Of a stretch of DNA of 64,000 nucleotides, positions 49,796 to 59,058 are shown one piece after another. Source of the DNA: Candidatus Magasanikiibacteriota bacterium (GTDB taxonomy: Bacteria; Patescibacteriota; Patescibacteriia; Magasanikbacterales; UBA922). The position numbers and the translations under genes are program-made. How positions within the stretch are numbered: position 1 is the stretch's first letter; the number at the start of each line of letters is the position of its first letter. The notes below the pieces were generated by a model. The model saw only the letters and a program-made list of their open reading frames with translations, did no database searches and had not been told where the DNA came from. Location of the stretch: positions 110,555 to 174,554 of the forward strand of contig JBAYJP010000001.1 in NCBI GenBank assembly GCA_041665025.1. Direction: 5' to 3'.

Positions 49796-50419
49796 CTATA
49801 CACCATGTCTAAACAAACTCACAAGCGCAAACCCGACTGACAACCCCAAAATTCCACTTGCAAATCTCAAAAATACTTCATTATCAAATACGAGTGCGAT
49901 AAGGATGGCGCACACTGCTAAAACCTGCAAAAACATTTTTATCTTTCCCCACAAATTTGCCATACGTACGGTCTTGAACTTCACATGAGCAACATATGCA
50001 CTGGCAATAAATATTATTTCAATGCCAAGTACAGCGATTCCAAGCCAAAAATTTAAATACTTAAAAACTAACAACAGCACCATGGAACCAATCAAAAATT
50101 TGTCCGCGAGTGGATCAATAAGCATGCCAAATTTGGTTATTTTGTTTTGAGTGCGTGCGAGAGATCCATCAAGCGCGTCAGTAAATGCAACTACTAAAAA
50201 TAAACCAACCCCTGTCTTGTAGTATCCATAAAGTATGGTGAAAAATACTACAGGGGTTGCGATAATGCGAAATATACTTATTTTGTTTGGCGTAATAGCA
50301 GATGGAAGCAATTTTAAAAATGTGCGGGCCAAAAAATAATCATGGGGATGAACTTCCTCTGCTTTGAGATAGGTGAACAAATCGTGGTTACGTTCCTTGA
50401 ACCGTTTGATAAAATTCAT
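49796..50419 (-). CDS. CDP-alcohol phosphatidyltransferase (PgsA-like), native AT-rich copy
   Basis: TPNKIS.FR, TDALDGSLAR...TKFGMLIDPLADK, ANLWGKIKM. Confidence 0.9.
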   Translation of the reverse strand: MNFIKRFKERNHDLFTYLKAEEVHPHDYFLARTFLKLLPSAITPNKISIFRIIATPVVFFTILYGYYKTGVGLFLVVAFTDALDGSLARTQNKITKFGMLIDPLADKFLIGSMVLLLVFKYLNFWLGIAVLGIEIIFIASAYVAHVKFKTVRMANLWGKIKMFLQVLAVCAILIALVFDNEVFLRFASGILGLSVGFALVSLFRHGV

Positions 50420-50520
50420 ATTTTTCGCTAAACTATACATATCTTACCTAAGATTGGGGAAAAAATCAATAACGAATCAACATAAAGTTGCACTTTGTGA
50501 GGGGCTAAAGTATACATAAT

Positions 50521-50660
50521 TAGTCTAGACGCATGAGTGGTACGCCCCCTTGAAACAGGGTTTTGGCCCGCCGCGGCGGGCCAAAACCCTGTTTCATAAA
50601 TCCGAGCCTAAAGATAGTTCCATATCACCATGCATACACGAGGATTTATTCCACGGACTA
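50521..50660 (+). ncRNA. Candidate rod-shaped structured RNA or leader containing a perfect 46-bp palindrome
   Basis: 50551-50596 is a perfect palindrome; nested pairings gcatgagtggta/tatcaccatgc and tagtc/gacta. Confidence 0.35.
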
Positions 50661-50667
50661 CAAAAAT

Positions 50668-52803
50668 ATGAATATACAGAAAAATAAAATTATTTCTTTA
50701 ACCATTTTCGGAATTATTTTGTGCATACTCAATATTTTTGTAGTGCACAGTGTTGTGATAGGCATAATAGGAATAGCATTGTACGCAACACAGCTTAGTA
50801 AATGGATAGGACATCTTGCTTTTACGAAATACGAAAGATTTGGAAAAAAATTATTTGGTTTTGTCATTCTCACGGGAATCATAATGACACTCAATGTACT
50901 TGTATATTACCCATACAAATTAACCACACTCACCACCATTATAATCCTATTAATCCCCTGTTTTCTCTTTTTTATAAAATCAAATCAGGAGAAGAGCACA
51001 AATGACAGTCCATGGGTCATGGAACGTTCACACGCCATGCAAACACTATTGTTTGTGGCTATAGATATAGCTCTTATTTATATTCTCACACAAAACAGCA
51101 CAACTGATGTTCTGCCATCTCCATGGATGAATATCAAACCCTGGTTTTTTATTTTATACGCAATCGCGACCGTAATATTACTCCATACCGTATCTGTCTC
51201 GCGACATGTTGGTAAAAGTATTGCACTTATTTCACTACATTTGTTTGTTACGTATAGCGTCGCATCGATTATCTATACACTTGGTTATGGATTTGATGGT
51301 TTTATCCATCGTGCCACAGAAACCTGGATTTTAAACAATGGGTTTATTACACCAAAACAACCATTTTATATTGGACAATACGGGCTCGTAGTGTGGCTTT
51401 CGCAGATCACACATATTTCAATTAAGATACTCGATATATATCTCGTGCCAGTCTTAACATCTCTCACACTTCCATTTTTTGTATATCACGCATTGCGATA
51501 CACGTGGAATATAGCGCAAGGCATTGCATTAAATCTTACATGGCTTTTGCCCTTTTTATTTTTCTTATCTTTTTATTTTACCACGCCACACAATTTAGCC
51601 TTACTATTTTTTATACTCGCCGTATTTGCAACAATTTCGTATGCAAAAGAAAAAATGCCATTCATTGTCCCTGGTGTTCTCTGTATAATGGCATCAATAA
51701 CACACCCACTTATTGGAGCACCGCTCTGTGTTTTTGTCTTTATTGCATTTGTTATACGAAAAATAAAAAACAAGTCTATTTCAGTTGTACTATCTATTTT
51801 TAATGGGATATCTATTGCGCTTGTACCGATTATTTTATTTACTCTGTTTCTTTTTATACATCATAATCCCCTTCCGAGCATTCAAAATCCTTTTACATTT
51901 GAACAAGTCCAGAGATTTACAGAATTAGTTGCACGTCCACATTGGTACATTGCACATGCGCCCATTATATTTGAATTACTTTACCTATGGCATGACGCTA
52001 TAATTCCGCTGGTAGTTATTATCGGCCTTGTTGGATTTTTTATAAAAAAAGAAAAGACATACATAGATTATCTCCTTATTTCTTCCTCACTTGGTTCTTT
52101 TATTGGCGCATGGTTATTGCGTACATGGGTTGTACTGCCCAATTTACTTGAAGAAGAACAAGCATCCTACCCTTTGCGCCTTTTGAGCATGGGGCTTCTT
52201 TTCCTCATGCCATTTTCAATGTATGGGCTATACGCCTTAGGCACGTGGTTTATGGAGAAAATAAAAAAATCCCGCAGCGAGCGGGATCCCGCTGTAGCGG
52301 GACAGCACATAGTAAAAGCATTATATATTCTTGGAGCAAGCGCACTTTTGATGGTTTCATTTTATTTTTCATATCCACAGCGCAATCCAAAAGTTTGGTT
52401 TCCCGGATTTAATGTTTCTCAAGCTGACTTTAGTGCCGTGGAGTGGATTCGCAATCAACATACTGATTATAATTATGTCGTGCTTTCAAATCCTATTACT
52501 GCCATGGCTGCTCTCACCAATTATAATTTTGTAAAACATTTCCAAACGCAAGAGCAAGGCGAATTATTTTATTATTCAATCCCAAGCGGTGGATATTTGT
52601 ACCGCATGTATTTGAACATGCTGTATGAAGTTCCCAAAGAACAATTTGTAGACGAAGTTAAAAAAACAACAGGGGTTGACACGGTTTATTTTGTGGTAAA
52701 TTCATATTGGGGAAGTTTCAAAAAAATTGTGGAAGAGCACAAAAAAACTGCCAAATCATGGCAGTCGATTGATGACGGAAAAGTGATGATATTTACTTAC
52801 TAA
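50668..52803 (+). CDS. Large polytopic membrane protein (GT-C-like)
   Basis: Many TM segments, YGFDGFIH loop, C-terminal soluble domain; start placed at MNIQK. Confidence 0.75.
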   Translation: MNIQKNKIISLTIFGIILCILNIFVVHSVVIGIIGIALYATQLSKWIGHLAFTKYERFGKKLFGFVILTGIIMTLNVLVYYPYKLTTLTTIIILLIPCFLFFIKSNQEKSTNDSPWVMERSHAMQTLLFVAIDIALIYILTQNSTTDVLPSPWMNIKPWFFILYAIATVILLHTVSVSRHVGKSIALISLHLFVTYSVASIIYTLGYGFDGFIHRATETWILNNGFITPKQPFYIGQYGLVVWLSQITHISIKILDIYLVPVLTSLTLPFFVYHALRYTWNIAQGIALNLTWLLPFLFFLSFYFTTPHNLALLFFILAVFATISYAKEKMPFIVPGVLCIMASITHPLIGAPLCVFVFIAFVIRKIKNKSISVVLSIFNGISIALVPIILFTLFLFIHHNPLPSIQNPFTFEQVQRFTELVARPHWYIAHAPIIFELLYLWHDAIIPLVVIIGLVGFFIKKEKTYIDYLLISSSLGSFIGAWLLRTWVVLPNLLEEEQASYPLRLLSMGLLFLMPFSMYGLYALGTWFMEKIKKSRSERDPAVAGQHIVKALYILGASALLMVSFYFSYPQRNPKVWFPGFNVSQADFSAVEWIRNQHTDYNYVVLSNPITAMAALTNYNFVKHFQTQEQGELFYYSIPSGGYLYRMYLNMLYEVPKEQFVDEVKKTTGVDTVYFVVNSYWGSFKKIVEEHKKTAKSWQSIDDGKVMIFTY

Positions 52804-52886
52804 GCCAATAGCCAATAGTTCGTAGCCAATAAATATCGCCCAAAACTCTATTGGCAATTGGCTATTGGCTCTGAACTATTGGCTAT
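52803..52886. repeat. 7-nt-periodic palindrome (tagccaa family)
   Basis: agccaatagccaatagttcgtagccaata...tattggcaattggctattggctctgaactattggct. Confidence 0.85.
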
Positions 52887-54087
52887 AAAGACTTACAAGC
52901 TTTTCAATATATTTCTCCTGCGTCAGCCCAGACAACATCTGGGTTGTTTTATTACTCATGATATGCAAATCTTGCGGATGTTCTATAGCCCATTTCATTT
53001 TCTCTGCAAGAGACGCCACATTCCCCGCTTCAAATGTAATACCACTCTCCCCTTCTTCAATAAGTTCGGCAATACCCTCGATGCGGCTGGCAAGAACCGG
53101 AATATGAAAAAATAAACTTTCAAAAATCACGGTCGGAGAATTTTCATAACATAACGATGGCACAACGGTTACATTCATGCGAGAAAATAATTCTGGCAAT
53201 TTATCCCGTTCCACACGCCCATGTACCGTAATATGCACGTTACCTTTTGTTTTTTCAATGACTTCATCTAACTGTGAACCATTTCCCACAATATGCAAAT
53301 GAATTTGTTTTTGCATGTCCAACTGAATATTTTTAAATGCTTCTATAAGCAAAAAAATACCTTTATGCGTCTCTATTTGCCCAAGATACAAAAAATTAAA
53401 CAGATCATTTCCCTGTTTCCTGTTCCCTGTTCCCTGTTCCCTGCTCTCCAATGTAAAGTCAAACGTCAATGGATTTCTCACCACTACTGTCTTTGACAAC
53501 GGAAAAAATCCTCGCTTGGTATAAAAGTCTAACAAAAATTGCGAAGGAGAAATGACAACCTGTGGCGAACCCATGAGTTTTTTCATAACCCACGTATATA
53601 TTTTTGTAGGAAACCCAGTATAACGCCATGAATGTTCCCTGTCTTTCAAAATCATCGCACTTGGTTCTACCAATTGCACGTCATGCACGGTATGGATATG
53701 ACGCAAACCAAGTTTGCGAATGACAGATGGAATAAAAAATGATAGGCCAATAAGATTATGCGTATGCACAATATCTGGTTTTTCTTTTTCCAAAATATTT
53801 TTTACCCAGCTGGCCGTAGAAAAATTAAAAATATCGCATACATGCCATATAAAACGTACCATACCGCTATGTTTGTGCGCGTCAGTATAAAAATACACAT
53901 TCGGCGGCCTGCGACGATAAATGGTCGTGTGTTCGTGACGTTCACTAAAATCCCCTCGCGGGGCACTGGTAATAATGACCACATCGTGACCTTGGGCAAC
54001 CAAACCCTGCGCAGACTTAACTACAACCTGCTCAGCTCCGCCACGGTGATAAGGAGGATAGATGTTGTTGATGATGCACACTTTCAT
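52876..54087 (-). CDS. Glycosyltransferase family 4
   Basis: YPP..GGAE, PDIVHTHN, HKG, PSLCYENSP.VIFES, SRIEGIAE. Confidence 0.92.
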   Translation of the reverse strand: MKVCIINNIYPPYHRGGAEQVVVKSAQGLVAQGHDVVIITSAPRGDFSERHEHTTIYRRRPPNVYFYTDAHKHSGMVRFIWHVCDIFNFSTASWVKNILEKEKPDIVHTHNLIGLSFFIPSVIRKLGLRHIHTVHDVQLVEPSAMILKDREHSWRYTGFPTKIYTWVMKKLMGSPQVVISPSQFLLDFYTKRGFFPLSKTVVVRNPLTFDFTLESREQGTGNRKQGNDLFNFLYLGQIETHKGIFLLIEAFKNIQLDMQKQIHLHIVGNGSQLDEVIEKTKGNVHITVHGRVERDKLPELFSRMNVTVVPSLCYENSPTVIFESLFFHIPVLASRIEGIAELIEEGESGITFEAGNVASLAEKMKWAIEHPQDLHIMSNKTTQMLSGLTQEKYIEKLVSLYSQ

Positions 54088-54129
54088 AGCTCTGTAATAA
54101 TACAAAAATTCCTAATTCACCCATGCATA

Positions 54130-54232
54130 ATTCAAATCTCAAACGTCAAAAGTCAAAACTGCAACTAAAAATTTAAAAGTTTATATATTTGAGTTTTCAT
54201 TTTGAGTTTTGAGATTTGACTTTTGAATTTTA
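54130..54232. repeat. 7-nt-periodic palindrome (tcaaaag family); encodes the C-terminus of the methyltransferase
   Basis: ttcaaatctcaaacgtcaaaagtcaaaac...gttttgagatttgacttttgaa. Confidence 0.8.
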
Positions 54233-55146
54233 TTTGCACCTATCGTCCAATGCCATCCTAGATGCTTAAACCCTGGAATCTTGAATAACATTTCATCAAC
54301 CGCCACGATTCCTTTTTCCAACCATAATGGCAAAACGATTCTCTTTTTAAGTTTGAATGCGCGAAAGGTAAATTCCAAAATATATTGTATCCATCCTGCA
54401 AACAACCACATAGGACGTACCGAAACTTTTTCCCATTTTCCTTCATGCAATACATAATTTATTTTTCTATAAGAAAATCCTGTCATTTCAGCGTCTGCGT
54501 GAGATACATTGTGTTCATCAGTGTGAGTCAGTCGTGACATGATGGGACGAATTATTTTCAGAGGCAAAAAATATGTTTTATTTGGCTCAACCCAAATACA
54601 CAGTTTGCCACCAGATTTCAAAACACGCGCAAATTCTTTCAAAGCTTCGCCATAATCTGAAAAATGATGCCAGACGGCGACCATATACAGTGAATCAAAC
54701 GTATTGTCTGCAAACGGCAAGTGCATACCATCTGCCGCAACATAGGTAGCATTTGTAGAATGTAATTTTGTAGAAAGTCGTTCCAGTGTTTTGGAAGAAA
54801 TATCAGACAACACCATTTTGTAATCAGGTAGGAAATGTTGCGCGTCATGTCCGCTCCCTGCGCCAATTTCCAAAATCAGACTGCCGGGTCGCAATTCTTT
54901 TATTGCACTGTGCAATCGAGTGTGATAATACACATTTCTCCATGCATTGAGCTGGTGCACGTTGTTGGCATCATCTTCCAAATGATCGTGATACTCTGCT
55001 TCTTCCTTTGCAAGTTCACCTAGTTCAGTTGGTAAGGCAACAATGACATTATTTTTCTTTTCATATACTTTTCCACATGAACAAATATAGCTTTGTCCGG
55101 GGATAAGCTCTTTCATTTCATTGTGACAGTCGGTGCAGATAAACAT
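54181..55146 (-). CDS. Class I SAM methyltransferase with an N-terminal Cys cluster (Trm112-like zinc ribbon)
   Basis: CTDC...CSC..Y, LEIGAGSG, LPFADNTFD, HHF, RVLKSGG. Confidence 0.85.
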   Translation of the reverse strand: MFICTDCHNEMKELIPGQSYICSCGKVYEKKNNVIVALPTELGELAKEEAEYHDHLEDDANNVHQLNAWRNVYYHTRLHSAIKELRPGSLILEIGAGSGHDAQHFLPDYKMVLSDISSKTLERLSTKLHSTNATYVAADGMHLPFADNTFDSLYMVAVWHHFSDYGEALKEFARVLKSGGKLCIWVEPNKTYFLPLKIIRPIMSRLTHTDEHNVSHADAEMTGFSYRKINYVLHEGKWEKVSVRPMWLFAGWIQYILEFTFRAFKLKKRIVLPLWLEKGIVAVDEMLFKIPGFKHLGWHWTIGANKIQKSNLKTQNENSNI

Positions 55147-55151
55147 ACTTT

Positions 55152-55238
55152 AAATCTCAAAATTCAAATATCAAAAGTCAAAACTACAACTAAAAACTTA
55201 AAAGTTTATAGTTTTGAGATTTGACTTTTGAGTTTTCA
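55152..55238. repeat. 7-nt-periodic palindrome (tcaaaag family)
   Basis: aaatctcaaaattcaaatatcaaaagtcaaaac...gttttgagatttgacttttgag. Confidence 0.8.
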
Positions 55239-55389
55239 ACGCTCAGTATACCACATTTTAGAATAAAAAAACTACTTTTCTATAGTAGTCATTCGTGCTG
55301 ATATGGAGTGTGTCGCGCGCCCGGTGACGGCGGCGGAACGCCTAGCGACATCCAGAATTGGATGCCACCGTCACCGGGACACGCGCGGA

Positions 55390-55536
55390 TCAGCGATCGA
55401 AGGCCTTGCCGCTTCCGGTTCTGCTCGCGATGTACGCGCATCGGCACTGCCGTGCCTCCTCGCGACTTGCGTGCGAACCGCTGCAGAAGCGACACGCCTT
55501 GACCCGCCGATTCTTGCTCTTGCTGGGACGAGGCAT
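55390..55536 (-). CDS. GC-rich basic Cys/His micro-protein (48 aa), unit 4
   Basis: MPRPSKSKNRRVKACRFCSGSHASREEARQCRC...; SD GGAAGGAGG; 5' hairpin gcgcgcc-acgga-ggcgcgc. Confidence 0.65.
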   Translation of the reverse strand: MPRPSKSKNRRVKACRFCSGSHASREEARQCRCAYIASRTGSGKAFDR

Positions 55537-55583
55537 CCCAACCTCCTTCCTCGCGCGCCTCCGTGGCGCGCACAATGGTTCAC

Positions 55584-55620
55584 ATCATACACAAAAAAAG
55601 TCCAGATGTCAATCTGGACT
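55584..55620 (-). promoter_or_regulatory. Near-consensus sigma70 promoter with an operator-like palindrome over the -35
   Basis: TTGACA-17 bp-TATGAT; AGTCCAGAT-4 nt-ATCTGGACT at 55599-55620. Confidence 0.75.
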
Positions 55621-55828
55621 GTAAAAAAATACAAAACCCCGTTCGCACAAGTCACGTGGTCGCGAAGCGACTTTACGTGACTGTCACGTGTCCGCCCAAA
55701 GCGGATTTACGTGACATAACCTCCCCCACACTTCTACCAAATATCTGATAAAAGTATGGGCGAGTGCGAACGGGGTCGTTGCATCGCCCTCTTGTTTTCG
55801 GTGGTGACCGAGCTTTCATGATCCCCCC

Positions 55829-56104
55829 TCACCCGCCCAAAAAATACCTCGGGCTGTATACCGGCTTGCGGCATGCGGCGCACTTGCCGGCGTTCTTGTC
55901 CTCGTCGTGGACGAGAACTGCGCCGCATCCGGTGCACCGGATGACCTTGGCGATGTTCGCCGGCGCCCTTGAGCAGTTCGCGTACTTGTTGACGTGGACG
56001 TGTACCTTCTGCCCCTTCCCCTTCTTCTTGTTCTTCACCTTTCCCCCACTGTTCTTCCAGCCCTTCTGTCGTTTCTTCTCACCCGTCGGGTTGATCTGCG
56101 CCAT
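55829..56104 (-). CDS. GC-rich basic zinc-ribbon protein (91 aa), unit 5
   Basis: Lys-rich N-terminus, CTGC...CAAC; SD GAGGAGG; 5' hairpin ccgccc...gggcgg; TTGACA at 56180-56185. Confidence 0.72.
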   Translation of the reverse strand: MAQINPTGEKKRQKGWKNSGGKVKNKKKGKGQKVHVHVNKYANCSRAPANIAKVIRCTGCGAVLVHDEDKNAGKCAACRKPVYSPRYFLGG

Positions 56105-56334
56105 CGATCCTCCTCGTCAGCCGCCCAATATGTCGGGCGGGAAAATGGTTGCAACTATCCTCTCAAACTCTCTCTCTCTTGTCAACATCGTTTGCACATT
56201 TCATCAACAACTATCACTAAACATGGGTTGATAAATAAAGGTTAGTAAGGTAATATACGTGGGCGTTGGGTTAAGAAACTGGAAACCAGAATATATATCC
56301 GGTGTCTGGTTTCCTAACCCATCGCCCTTCCCAT

Positions 56335-57774
56335 ATGGTAGATATTACAGAGCTCGAAAAAATCCCCCCTCAAAACCTCGAAGCTGAAATGTCTTTACTC
56401 GGGTCTATTTTGCTTGATAAAGAAGCGCTTTTGAAAATCGCTGACATGATTGATAGTGATGATTTTTATAAATCGATACACAGTGACATTTATGAGACCA
56501 TGCTTGAGTTGTATGAAAAAAATGAACCCATAGATGTCTTGACCATGGGAAACAGATTGGAAGAAAAAAAGTTATTAGAAAAAATTGGTGGACGAAGTTA
56601 TTTGGTAAACTTATCAAATACCGTTCCTACTGCTTCGCATGTTCCCAAATACGCAGAAATTATTCGAAGAAAATCTACTTTGCGAAAACTCTTGCGTTCT
56701 GCGCAAGAAATATCACGATTGGGATACAAAGAAGATGCGGAAAGTGTCGAGTACATACTTGATGAAGCGCAACAACAACTATATAGCGTCACGCAAAAAC
56801 ATTTAAAGCAGACATTTACGCCCATTAGAGGAATTCTAAGCGATGCGTTTGAACGTATTGATGAATTGCATAGAGAAAAAGGAAAACTCCGCGGTGTGCC
56901 AACCGGATACAAACAATTGGACAACTTGCTTGCGGGATTGCAAAAGTCAGACCTCGTAATTCTCGCTGCTCGTCCATCAGTTGGAAAAACATCTCTCGCG
57001 CTTGATATGGCGCGCAATGTCGCAGTCCGCGCAAAAGTACCGGTCGGCATATTTTCGCTTGAAATGAGTAAGGAACAACTCGTCGATCGTCTACTCTGCG
57101 CTGAAGCTGGTGTTGATTTGTGGAAAATGAGAACAGGAAATTTATCTGACCGCCCAGATAGTGATGATTTTCCACGCATTGGACATGCGATGGGCGTGTT
57201 ATCTGAATCCCCTATTTTTATCGATGATTCTCCGGGAAATAACGTCATGCAAATACGCACGAAAGCTCGACGCTTGCAAGCAGAACATGGTCTCGGACTG
57301 GTAGTGATAGACTACTTACAACTCATGGAATCGCCAAATTCAAAAGGCAATGACAATCGTGTTCAGGAAGTCGCGGAAATCAGTAGAAATTTAAAAGGCC
57401 TTGCGCGTGAACTCAATGTGCCTGTGCTTGCGTTATCACAGCTATCACGTCTCGTAGAACAACGCAAGCCGGCAATACCAAAACTTTCTGATTTGCGCGA
57501 ATCAGGATCTATTGAACAAGATGCTGATGTAGTAATGTTTATATATAGAAAGTCCGCAGACAGAAACTACCGATTGGAAGATGTACCGCCCGATGAACGA
57601 AGTATTGCAGAAATTCATATCGCAAAACATAGAAATGGTCCGACCGGCATGGTGCGTGTATTTTTTGATGAACAGCGTGCGAGTTTCAGAAATTTGGACA
57701 CTCAGATGGGAAATTTTACCCCTCCACCACAATCAATGCCTCCACAAAAGACAAATTCGGTGCCAGCGTTTTAA
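56335..57774 (+). CDS. dnaB: Replicative DNA helicase
   Basis: PPQNLEAE, AARPSVGKT, FSLEMS, IDYLQLM, LSQLSR, DLRESGSIEQDAD, AKHRNGPTG. Confidence 0.98.
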   Translation: MVDITELEKIPPQNLEAEMSLLGSILLDKEALLKIADMIDSDDFYKSIHSDIYETMLELYEKNEPIDVLTMGNRLEEKKLLEKIGGRSYLVNLSNTVPTASHVPKYAEIIRRKSTLRKLLRSAQEISRLGYKEDAESVEYILDEAQQQLYSVTQKHLKQTFTPIRGILSDAFERIDELHREKGKLRGVPTGYKQLDNLLAGLQKSDLVILAARPSVGKTSLALDMARNVAVRAKVPVGIFSLEMSKEQLVDRLLCAEAGVDLWKMRTGNLSDRPDSDDFPRIGHAMGVLSESPIFIDDSPGNNVMQIRTKARRLQAEHGLGLVVIDYLQLMESPNSKGNDNRVQEVAEISRNLKGLARELNVPVLALSQLSRLVEQRKPAIPKLSDLRESGSIEQDADVVMFIYRKSADRNYRLEDVPPDERSIAEIHIAKHRNGPTGMVRVFFDEQRASFRNLDTQMGNFTPPPQSMPPQKTNSVPAF

Positions 57775-57853
57775 AACATTAGTTCAAGCTGAAAGAATAG
57801 ATTTAAACTGAAAAAAATTTCTGTTTAAATCAATTTTTAATCAGTATAAATCA

Positions 57854-58162
57854 ATGCTTATGTTCAATAAGTTAAAACAATTCAAAGACCTCCGTAGTCA
57901 GGCAAAAACATTACAAAATACCTTGTCTCAAGAGAGTATTACGGTTCGCGCAGCTGGAGATCAGGTTGTACTTACAATGGATGGCAACCTCACGTTGACT
58001 GGTCTTGCAATTGACGATGCACTTCTGGCACCCGACAAAAAAGACAAACTTCAAAATGCAATCAAAGAAGCTCATGCAGATGCACTCAAAAAAATGCAAC
58101 GCATCATGGCAATGAAGATGAAAGAAATGGGGGGTTTACCTAACATTCCAGGACTAAACTAG
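57854..58162 (+). CDS. ybaB: YbaB/EbfC nucleoid-associated protein
   Basis: Q..L....I......V.LTMDG...L....ID pattern; directly upstream of recR. Confidence 0.85.
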   Translation: MLMFNKLKQFKDLRSQAKTLQNTLSQESITVRAAGDQVVLTMDGNLTLTGLAIDDALLAPDKKDKLQNAIKEAHADALKKMQRIMAMKMKEMGGLPNIPGLN

Positions 58163-58235
58163 TTCGTAGTTCATAGCCAATAGCCAATAGTTTACAATCG
58201 CCAATTTATTGGCTGTGAACTATTGGCTATGAACT
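58160..58235. repeat. 7-nt-periodic palindrome (tagccaa family) between ybaB and recR
   Basis: tagttcgtagttcatagccaatagccaata...tattggctgtgaactattggctatgaact. Confidence 0.85.
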
Positions 58236-58238
58236 TCT

Positions 58239-58838
58239 ATGTACGCTCAACCCATAGATAAACTAATCAAAGCATTTTCCAAGCTTCCAAGCGTCGGCCC
58301 GCGTACAGCCGAACGTTTTGTTTTTTATCTTCTTAAATCAGGGAAAAAGGATGCTGGAGAACTTACCCTGGCATTAAAAGAACTAATTGAAAATGTAAAA
58401 AGCTGTGAAGTCTGTTGGAATTTTTCTGATACAAGTCCGTGTGAAATTTGTACTGACACAAGACGGCATTACAAGACAATGTGTGTAGTTGCCGAGCCTC
58501 AAGATTTACAGACTCTTGAAAAAACACATCACTATCATGGCGTGTACCATGTATTGCGCGGTACACTTGCACCCGACGATGAATATATCATGAAGACGGT
58601 CAAAATCAATGAGCTCATGAATCGCGTACAGAAAAATGAAGTGGATGAAGTAATACTTGCCTTAAACCCGGACATAGCTGGAGAGACGACCATGATGTAT
58701 TTACAAAAACAACTAAAAACTATCCGTCCTGATCTCAAAGTTACCAGACTAGCTCGCGGATTGCCTATGGGTAGCGACTTACAATATGCTGATGAAATAA
58801 CGATTGAAAGTGCACTAAAAAATAGAACTCAAAACTAA
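58239..58838 (+). CDS. recR: Recombination mediator RecR
   Basis: LPSVGPRTAER, C4 zinc finger, YHVLRG, EVILALNP, TRLARGLPMG. Confidence 0.97.
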   Translation: MYAQPIDKLIKAFSKLPSVGPRTAERFVFYLLKSGKKDAGELTLALKELIENVKSCEVCWNFSDTSPCEICTDTRRHYKTMCVVAEPQDLQTLEKTHHYHGVYHVLRGTLAPDDEYIMKTVKINELMNRVQKNEVDEVILALNPDIAGETTMMYLQKQLKTIRPDLKVTRLARGLPMGSDLQYADEITIESALKNRTQN

Positions 58839-58864
58839 AATCCTCCCGAATTTGGGAGGATTTA
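58838..58864. terminator. Bidirectional terminator
   Basis: aaaatcctccc-gaattt-gggaggatttt. Confidence 0.75.
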
Positions 58865-58867
58865 TTT

Positions 58868-59058
58868 TATGGGAACGGCTGGCCTCGAGCATTTGCTTGG
58901 CTCGAGTGGGTGGGTTGTGGAGCCGAATGGAGCTCCTGCCCAAGACCAGCCGATCGACTGCCACAGGTTGTTCGCTAGCGACCCTGTATCGGAATTTCCG
59001 GGGACGGGAAGCTTTCCGTCCTGCCCAGGGGCTGCAAAAACCTACGACAAATCGACGA
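58868..59058 (-). ncRNA. Candidate GC-rich structured ncRNA (unit 6)
   Basis: Minus-strand TCGACA-17 bp-TAAGGT promoter with TG extension; several perfect stems; no SD-led ORF; isolated by terminators on both sides. Confidence 0.5.

Noticed and set aside
55289-55680. Multiple alternative ORFs over GC-rich unit 4
   Set aside because: Only 55390-55536 on the minus strand has a matching promoter and SD; the others reflect stop-codon scarcity.
58868-59058. SRP RNA, tmRNA or RNase P identity for the structured RNA
   Set aside because: No CAGG-GNRA-AGCA helix 8, no T-arm/CCA end (only a ggggctg resemblance on the + strand) and no GAGGAAAGUC motif.
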